The notes beneath the pieces were generated by a model. That model searched no databases. It was given only the letters and a program-made list of their open reading frames with translations, and had not been told where the DNA came from. The translations under genes were made by a program, and so were the position numbers. 64,000 nt of DNA from contig OZ024756.1 of assembly GCA_964016885.1 (NCBI GenBank), forward strand, positions 26,412,001 to 26,476,000, in the 5' to 3' direction. Source of the stretch: Eledone cirrhosa (lineage: Eukaryota). The stretch's first letter is position 1. Every line of letters begins with the position of its first letter. Below, piece after piece: positions 54,701-64,000 of the stretch.

Positions 54701-56699
54701 ATATGTATGTATATCATCGTTTAACGTCCATTTTGCTGGTTTGAGAACTGACGAGAGTGAAGATGTGTCTTGTACAATTCCTTTATTTTCTTCTTCTAGT
54801 CACTTCTGTGTCCCAGTGCTCTTCTCTTTGTCCTCCTCCTCTTTCAATCTCTTCTATATTTCATCTGCCTGTCACCCACATTATGTGTTGTCTCTCTGTT
54901 GACCGCTGATCTGTCCTTTGAAGTATTTTTTAGCCATTGCTGTCTTTTACAGCATTTAGCTGCTTTATCAGCTATTTTTATATGTATTCATATATATGTG
55001 TATGTGTATATATATATATATATATGTGTGTATATATTTTACTCTTTTACCTGTTATAGTCCACAGGCTGAGACCATGCTGGGGCACTGATATTATTCCT
55101 ACTCTTTCTGTAGCCATCCTTACTTGATTGGTCATTAATGACTGATGGAGTTTAATATTGCTGCCCTTATTTGGGTATTTTGTTGTGTTTTGGCCTCATC
55201 TGGGATCTTAGACAGCAGAATTTTGAGATGATTCTTAGGAACATATACCTCTACCCCATGTAGAATTCTTAAGCCATATGGCTGGAGGCCCTCTGAAACC
55301 TATGCTATTGCAGTATCATGTCTTTACTCTAGATATGGTGAGCAAGACTTTTGGTACTAATCAGAGACTAATGTAGTTCTCGTTATTTAACAGTTTGATG
55401 CTAGCCCATTTGGGATCATTCATATGTAATACTGTGTTTTTGTTCTTGGGAGTGGTGTCTTAACCTTCTGGGCGCATTATAATCTCCCCTTTAATACATA
55501 ATACAGTATCAAGGGAAGCAATTCATAAAAAAATTCAGTGTGCTAAAGATTAATTCTTAGAGCCTTTCTCAGTAACTCTTCTTGGTGTTGCATTGTTTGA
55601 TTGCTTCAAGTTCTGCAGTTAATTTAACATAGTGGGGTGACAATAGATGAGAGCAAAACTCCAGATAAATGAAGACAAATGTCCTTCAGTGGACCAGCAT
55701 GATTTTCTGTCCCCTTCTGAATGATCTCAGAATCCATTCAGCCTGTTGTCTAGACTTCTAATCAGTAGGGCTTCAAATACCTCGTAAGATTGGCTTATGT
55801 CCTTTATCATACCTTGGTGGGGCTGCTCCAGCATGGTCAATGACTGAAACCAGTATAATATATATTTTTTGTGTACATTCCTTTTTGTTAATTTGTATTA
55901 GAGTAATGAATGAAAATATTTTATATGAAAACAAAAATATACATCCTTTGTTTTAATTATATTTTTATATCAATAAGAGGCATAGCTTAGTGCCTGGAGT
56001 GTTGGTCAATAAGAGGTTTAATCCAGATTTTTCTTGAGCAAAACACTTCATTTCATTTGTATAAAAATTCTTAAATACATTGTTGTTATACCACACAAAA
56101 GTACAAAACTTTATTTTTTATTAATATTTTTCAGGTTTTTACATTTTAGTTGTCAGACTAAAGAATTATTGAATTATCATTTTCCTTTTATAAATAGATA
56201 TCAATTGATCAAATTAAAACCCTTTGAAACCGTCCCTGGTTCTATTTGTTTTTAAATAGTTTGTCAATCAAAACCTTACATCATAGTTTTATGTTAAGAA
56301 CTTTTAAGTTTTGTTCACACATCAGCTTAATAATCAGTTATTTCACTAAATTTTTCCAAATTCTTAATTCAAAATCACAGACAGTATTTTTCATTAAAAA
56401 TGTGCTAATGAAAGGGTTAGTGTTATTTTAACATCAAAGTCCACTATTATAATTTAATTATATGTTTTGTCATTATCAAGATTTTCAGTCTTGTATCAAT
56501 TTAATGTTTCAAACCTGTTATTCATTTACTCAAGGACTGGTAGTATTTGACTATATTCCACTTGCCAGATACTCTAGTACAAGTGTTTGACTGTATTCTG
56601 TCAGACTGGTATTCTCTGTGTATAAGAGGAGGCATAGTAACCTAACTAAACATGAAAGAACAGCCGAACTCCACTGTCATTGCTTCCATTTCTCTGTAT

Positions 56700-57000
56700 G
56701 GTCAGCAAATGGGTTCCCACAGCCACGGCGGACAGAATGGAGAAGGCGTTTCCCCAGAGGATGGTAAGGGAGATGCACTGGAAGAGCCATCCCAACTCGC
56801 GAGGCTCACACCAGCGGCTGGCCAGCTCAGCGCCTATGGTGGTGAGTAGGGAGGTAGCCCTAGGACCCCAGAAGTCTCACTACCAAGGGCAACCAGTACT
56901 TGGAGAGTTTGGCCTCCTCAGCCCGACATGCAGCAAAACCTGGGTTAGTTGCAAACTGCACCAGGTTGCGGCTGGAGAAAGTGTCGCTGCAAGTGGCTCT
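56700..57000 (-). mobile_element. CRE-clade REL fragment, unamplified sister of 9008-9850
   Basis: Reverse complement of CCATAGGCGCTGAGCTGGCC...GGGAAACGCCTTCT; upstream ATCSDTFS..AEEAKLSKY. Confidence 0.7.
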
Positions 57001-59723
57001 GCCACACATTTCCTTTCACTATTATTATTTACACAAATTGATCATTAAGTAGTATAGGACAGGCATACAACCTCCAATAATGGAAGTTGTCATCCTAACT
57101 GGAAAAGACCTATGAATCTGAAAGTATTTTTGAAGGCATACAACAAATATATATAATGCCGCCATCATTTTACATCTGCTTCAGCACAGCATCTCTCCAT
57201 TTGTCATGGTCCTTTGTCATCTCTGAGAGCTTCAGCGATCTGTGGTCAGCTCTCACCACCTCCACTTATGTTTTGCGTCATCTTTCCACTTTAAGACGCA
57301 GTAGGGGAAGACCACGATAAGCAAGGGTAAAAGTTCAGATAAATAAAGTGATGCCAACCAAGTAAATCTACAAGTATATCAACTAAGAAAATCCTAATCA
57401 ATTCATCACAGGTATAATCTGTACAGTATTAGGAATCAAACTGAGTAAACAAATTTGACATGTTGTATGAATGCAGAGGTACAGAGCACATAGATAATGG
57501 ACAGATATAAGGAGCCTTTACATAGTTTTCAGGGAGATACAGCATGATAATGTGTGATATAAGACTGTCCCTTTGAATCACAGGTACAACTAATTTTTTT
57601 CCAGTTGAATGGACTTGGAGCAATGTGAAATAAAGTGCTTTCCTCAAAGATACTACACCAGCAAGAATTAAACTCCCAACCTTATGATCATTAGTTGAAC
57701 ACCCTAACCAGTAAGCCATGCACAATCACAACCACATGAAGTACAGGTAGTAGATAAAAAATAGTGAGCTTCTCTTCTTGTGCCTACTATAAACTTCTTA
57801 CATTACCTTTGGTCCTACTGCCAGATGTGTCCCCAACTCCCTTATCTGGCCCTGCTGCCATAAATCAGATGTGCACCTAACTCTTGTCTCTCTCCTGTCA
57901 TTCAAGGGTTTACTGCTGAATGCTACTATGTTCTCTATTTAACTCCTTTGATACCAAACTACCCCTAGCTCTATTATTTTAAACTGTTTATATTTATCTT
58001 TAAAAAAAAAAAACTTCCATCATAATTTTATCTAAAAATCTTTAAGTTATGTTCATACACAAGCTTAACCCTTTAGCATTTACATTACTCTATATTTAAT
58101 ATTATATTTCATGATAAAGGCTTTACCTCACATAATATCGAATCTGAGATTTTGATATTATTTATATTGAGAACAATACCTTAACATAAGTATGAGTAGC
58201 CAGTTACAGCTAGTTTGAACAGAAAGAGATGAGAGAATTCTGGCCGGATATAGCCGGTTTAAATGCCAAAGTGTTAATGATGGTTCAAGGCCAGCAATTT
58301 GTGGGGAGAGGGGAAAGTCAATTTTATCAACCACCAGTACTGGTTCTTTATTTTATCAACTTCAGAAGAAAGGACAACAGAATTTGAACTTGGAACAACT
58401 AAAACAAAAACTGCAAAGCATTTTGTCCAAACATTCTAAAGATACTTGCCTATCCACAGCCACAAAGCCAGAAATTGGTTTGGTGGGTAAACAGTTGATT
58501 ATACCTGAAGACAGGGCTGGTACTTTATTTTATCGACCACAACACTAATGAAAGGCAAATGTGAGGAGAATAAACAAAACATTTTGTTTGACATGTTACT
58601 GATTCTGCTATTAATAATTCTAACATTGACACAAGGTCAACAATTAGTGGGATGGGGGAAGTTGATTATATCAACCCCATCAGGATGAAATGCAAAATTG
58701 ACCTTAGTGGAATTTGAACTCAAAACAAATATTGCTACATGTTTGTCTAACTCCTCTGCCAATAATAATGGTTTCATATTTAGGCACAAGGTCAACAATT
58801 TTAAATGCCAAAATGTTAATGATGGTTCAAGGCCATCAATTTGTGGGGAGAGGGGAAAGTCAATTAAATTGACCCAAGTGCATTACTGGTACTTTATTTT
58901 GTTGACCCCCGTAAGGATGAAAAGTAAAGCTAACCTCGTCGGGATTTGAACTCAGAATGTAAAGGGCTGTAACTATGCTACAAAACATGGTGTCCAACAC
59001 TCTACCGAACCACTGCCCTACCTCTACCAATAATAATGATTTCTAGTATAGGCACGGGGCCAGTAATTTGGGGGGAAGGGGAAAGTTTATTAAATCAACC
59101 CCAGTGTATTACTGGTACTTTATTTTATAGACCCTGTAAGGCTGAAAGGCAAAGTTAACCTCGGCGGGATTTGAACTCAGACTGTAAAGCACGGTGTCCA
59201 ACTCTACCGATATTGCCAATCCACCGCCTTGTCCCTCTGCCAATAATGACTAAAATCACTGGTATAAAACAATAAAATCTACATGAGAGGTACTGATGAT
59301 TTAATTGACCTAACATCAAACCCTGAAGGATGTAAAATATATTCAGCTTTGTTGGTACTTAATGTCACACCAGAGATAATGATAATAATAATAATAATGA
59401 TTTCTTTATTCTTAATAATAATAATGATGATGATGTACATTTGTTTTGCGTATTTGCGTGATAACGTTTGTGTGTGCATGTGTATGTACAAGCACACATG
59501 GGTTTGACAGTGCATGTCCCTGTGTGAATGAGTAAGCGTGTTCTGATAGGCACACATCCACAAATGTCTTCACAAATACAACACACAGAGTAAAGAGGTC
59601 TCAGCATATTTGCCAATGTCCAGCATTGTAAAGGTGAGTGACTTTAATGTTTGCCACTCATCAACCAACCCAGCTGACATTAGTCTACATCACCTGATCA
59701 GGCCAGCACCCAAACAAAGTTAT

Positions 59724-61566
59724 TTACATATCTTCAACACTCCACTTATACGCCATCTGTGCTGTGGCTTTCTTCTCCGCAATTTTGGAAAACATTTGTG
59801 CTTCATAACCATTGGAACGGTTCACTCCATCCCATCGGTAACCAGGTTGGATGTTGTACCTGTTAGGTGGTGCAGCTGGACCCTTATATTCAGGTTTTTC
59901 TAGAAACAAAACAAAAAAATGCAATGAGGAAAACGATCAGATAAAATTATGCAAAAATAAATATTTTTAATTTGTGTAAAAACATTTTTTTAATTATATA
60001 CAAGGGTGGTACCCCAGCATGGCCTAAGCTAGATGGTTGGAACAGGTAAAAGAATATACGAATGAATAAAGTAAAAATACTTTTTAAATGCATATATTAC
60101 TAAATCCTTCAAAATTCTTGATTATTTAAAAAATTATTTGAAAATCATAAACAATGTCTTTCATTAGAAATATGATAACAAACAGGTTTATACAGTTCAG
60201 TTGTTGTGATAGTTTATCATAATTCTAGAAATTTTAAAATACAAAAAATATTTCAAGTCATAGAATTAGATTTTAAAGGAAAAGAGAGAAGAAAATGGCT
60301 CCTGTTGTAAAGAAAACTTCAAATTGTGTTAATTATAGAAGTTAGAAAGAGGTGGCTAATTATAGGATGTCTCGTCATTCTCAGTTAACATCCATCTTCA
60401 CTGCTAACAAGGGCTGGATGGGTCTTCACAAACCAAGTCAATACTGAAGCAGGCTACTGACCTGTCAGATGGGCTAGGAACTTACATCTTGCTTACATAC
60501 AGTCCATTGTTCTACTGAGAGCACTTTATTGTGACACCAGCCCAAGAAAGGTTGTCATGCCTTTGTCACAATTCAACGGTCCTCTCAACCCTTTTTTTTG
60601 GCAGGCTTTCTTTAGCTAGATGCCCTTCCTGGAATGTTTTGAAACAGTGTTGCACTGCCAGATGCCTTTCCTAACACCAACCTTTTTAGTTGCTTCTTAC
60701 GCCACACAGAGATATGGTGTACCTATTCTAAACTCGATGTACACAGGTAAGCTATGCAAGAAAAGGCCCAACTAATATATATATCAGAAATGGTGTGGTA
60801 AAATACCAAGTGGACCATAACCCACCAGAGTACTTGATACTTGAGGTAGTAGAGTGGGTAATATGAAAAGATTCAGGACCCCAGCGGCTGTTTCGACAGC
60901 TAGATCTGAACTGAATCGGCAGGAATCTAGCTGGACTTATCAAGGGGTACAGTCCATATTTGGGCATACAGTCAACCCCCACAGATCACTGACCACTCCC
61001 GAGTAAAATAAGAAAACAACAAACTTAAAAAATTTTTTTTTTTATTTGACTGTATGCCCATATATGGACTGTACCCCTTGATAAGTTTAGTTAGATTCCT
61101 GCCGTTCTCATAGCGGCAATTCAGTTTGGATCTAACTATTGAAACGGCCGGAGCTCAGCCATCGGGGTCCTGAATCTTTTCATATAAATATATATATATG
61201 TAATTATAAATATTCATATAATTATCAACCTTTTATGTCTGCTGTTGGTCGGGTCTTTTCTAGCACAGCCATTCTATGTACATGTGCATCATATCTCTGC
61301 ATGGCATACAGACATATTTCATTTTTATATATTCATAAAAAGTAATGATAAAAAATAACCACACAATAAATATCAAACCATTACCTTTAACATTTTTATC
61401 TGGTTTCTTTTTCTTCTTAATAAAGGCCAACATTGGGTCACCATCAACTATCTTCTCTCTCAACATCTGGTCAAGGTCTTTATCATCTTTGTATCTGGCC
61501 AAAGGTTTAGACATCTCATAGAAGGAATCTTGGATAGCCTGCTGTTGTTGGGCCTTCTGTTTCAAA
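59724..61566 (-). CDS. BUD13: BUD13 homolog (RES complex pre-mRNA splicing factor), last two coding exons; 5' part outside window
   Basis: Exons 61385-61566 ([29 protein letters not shown]) and 59724-59899 ([37 protein letters not shown]); phases match. Confidence 0.95.
60878..60948 (-). ncRNA. Hammerhead with U3:A8 core, stem III partly deleted
   Basis: Minus: ACCCC-TTGATAA-GTC-CAGCTAGAT...ATCTAGCTG-TC-GAAA-CAGCCGCT-GGGGT. Confidence 0.5.
61073..61168 (+). ncRNA. Hammerhead with U3:A8 core and extended stem II (family B)
   Basis: ACCCC-TTGATAA-GTT-TAGTTAGATTC-[TGCCG..CGGCA hairpin]-GGATCTAACTA-TT-GAAA-CGGC-CGGAGCTCA-GCCA-TC-GGGGT. Confidence 0.65.
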
Positions 61567-61646
61567 CTGACCACCACGACAGAGAGACATATGAATAAGA
61601 AGAATATTAGAAAATTCCCACACAATCATTTAAGGTCTGTTAGATT

Positions 61647-61932
61647 GTGTGTGTATATATATACATATATACATATACATATATACATATACATATATAT
61701 ATACATATATATATACATATATATACGCATACATATATATACATATATACATATACATATATACATATACATATATATATACATATATATATACATATAT
61801 ATACGCATACATATATATACATATATATACGCATACATATATATATATACATATATATACACATACATATATATATATATATACATATATATACACATAC
61901 ATATATATATATATACATATATATACACATAC

Positions 61933-61965
<33 letters not shown>

Positions 61966-62342
61966 TACATATATATATATATATATATACACATATATAT
62001 ACACATATATATACACATATATATACATATATATACATATATATACACATATATATACATATATATACACATATATATACACATATATATACACATATAT
62101 ATACACATATATATACACATATATATACACATATATATACACATATATATACACATATATATACACATATATATACACATATATACACATATATATACAC
62201 ATATATATACACATATATATACACATATATATACACATATATATACACATATATATACATATATATATACACATATATATACACATATATATACACATAT
62301 ATATACACATATATATACACATATATATACACATATATATAC

Positions 62343-62377
<35 letters not shown>

Positions 62378-62386
62378 CATATATAC

Positions 62387-62437
<51 letters not shown>

Positions 62438-62445
62438 CATATATA
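61647..62445. repeat. (TA/CA)n compound microsatellite
   Basis: Direct reading. Confidence 0.95.
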
Positions 62446-62446
62446 G

Positions 62447-64000
62447 ATAGATTTCTTCCTATCCCAACTAGTGCTCGAACCAACGAGGTGCCACAAAAAC
62501 GTCCTAGACTTAATTTTCAGCAATCACACTGACAATATCCACAATATTGCAGTGGAGAAAACTCTACTCTCTGATCATGACATGGTTCTCTGTGATCTGA
62601 GATTCCACCGTCCAATATACAAACCCAATGTCATTTCTCCTGTCCATCCGTTTGACGCTATGGATTTCCACAATGCAAACTGGGAAGCGATCAGTCATGA
62701 TCTTGCACATGTCGACTGGTCCTTCACGCACACTCATACACCCACTAACATCAAAAAGTCCTGGCAGACATTTGTGGACACTGTTACAAACATATGTGCT
62801 AAACACACCCCATTAAGAACTATAAACAAATCTAAGAGCAGAATCCCTAGAAATAGAAAAACGCTCATCAGAAAAATTAAGAGAACGAACAAAAAAATCA
62901 ACAATCTGAAATACTGTCAGCAGCAACACATCAACTTGACTGCCATTTCATCACTAGAGATTAAAAAACATAACCTCCAAAACAACATAATGTCCCTCAT
63001 CAACAATCAGAGAAGAGCTGAAGAGGCCTGGGCCATTGAGAAGATCAAACTCAATCCCAAAGTGTTCTTTTCATTTGCAAAAAAACACAAAATCACTGGC
63101 TCTACTGTTGGCCCTCTAATTGATGAAAATGGCACTCTTCAAGACAATGCTAAAACTATGGGTGAGATACTGCAGAAACAATACTGCTCTGTTTTCAGCA
63201 ATCCTGATATGGCCGATCTGGGCTGTATCGGCGATGTTACTCCCCATTACACCTTATCGGACATAACGTTTGGCGCCCCTGATGTCTTGGCGGCAATAAA
63301 GGAAATCAAGCATAATTCAGCAGTAGGTCCCGATAGGTTCCCTGCTTGTGTCTTGAAGGCGTGTCAACACCAACTTGCTTCTCCTCTTGCCAATCTGTGG
63401 CGGAACTCACTGGATGCTGGATATGTGCCAGAAAACCTTCTATCCCAGTCTGTTGTCCCAGTTTTCAAAAAGGGAAACAAATCCCTTGCCGTGAATTACC
63501 GTCCAATCTCACTCACCTCTCATATCATTAAGGTATTTGAGCGAGTGGTGAGATCGCGAATGACCCACTTCCTTGAGAGTAACAATATGCTGAACTCCAA
63601 CCAGCATGGATTCCGTAATGGAAGGGATTGCCTGACGCAACTACTGCATCACTTTGATGACATTTTGAGAGCCTTGGGAGAGGGTTCCAACACTGATGTT
63701 ATCTACCTTGATTTCAGCAAGGCCTTTGACAGGGTTGATCATAACATTCTACTGAGAAAGCTGTCCAATATTGGTGTCACTGGAAAGCTGCTGCAGTGGA
63801 TCAAGAGCTTCCTGTCAAACAGAACCCAACATGTTGTAGTTGAGGGAGTCAAATCAAGCCCAGCCAAAGTCAGTAGTGGAGTCCCACAAGGCACTGTGTT
63901 GGGCCCACTTCTCTTCATCATCTATATTAATGACATCACTGACATCATCAAACACAGCAACATTAAAATTTTCGCTGATGATTCCAAGCTCCAAAAGGTC
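62447..64000 (+). mobile_element. CR1/Jockey-group LINE ORF2, 5'-truncated, uninterrupted to the window edge, in a BUD13 intron
   Basis: One open frame of 518 codons: [14 protein letters not shown] (APE end), GPD, NYRPISLTS, QHGFR, YLDFSKAFDRVDH, SGVPQGTVLGPLLFIIYIND, FADDSK. Confidence 0.92.

Overview
AT-rich, intron-containing metazoan genomic DNA dense in microsatellites. The SINE/MITE families and repeat landscape suggest a cephalopod such as Octopus (inference). Three host genes can be built exon by exon with GT-AG sites and consistent phases: a complete 14-exon copine (+, 18735-33581, ~542 aa), a complete 7-exon lachesin/amalgam-like 3xIg, probably GPI-anchored protein (+, 38382-48747, ~381 aa), and the last two exons of BUD13 (-). 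The rest is transposon-derived: RTE, CR1-like, CRE-like, R4/Dong-like and Penelope retroelements; Merlin, Tc1/mariner, piggyBac and hAT DNA elements; and tRNA-derived SINEs. The most notable signal, invisible in the ORF track, is ~16 type-I hammerhead ribozyme motifs from many distinct sequence families. Most have (near-)palindromic stem III, three carry a U3:A8 covariant core, and many sit in Penelope-type fold-back elements inserted into (TA)n. Most long ORFs in the supplied track are microsatellite artefacts.
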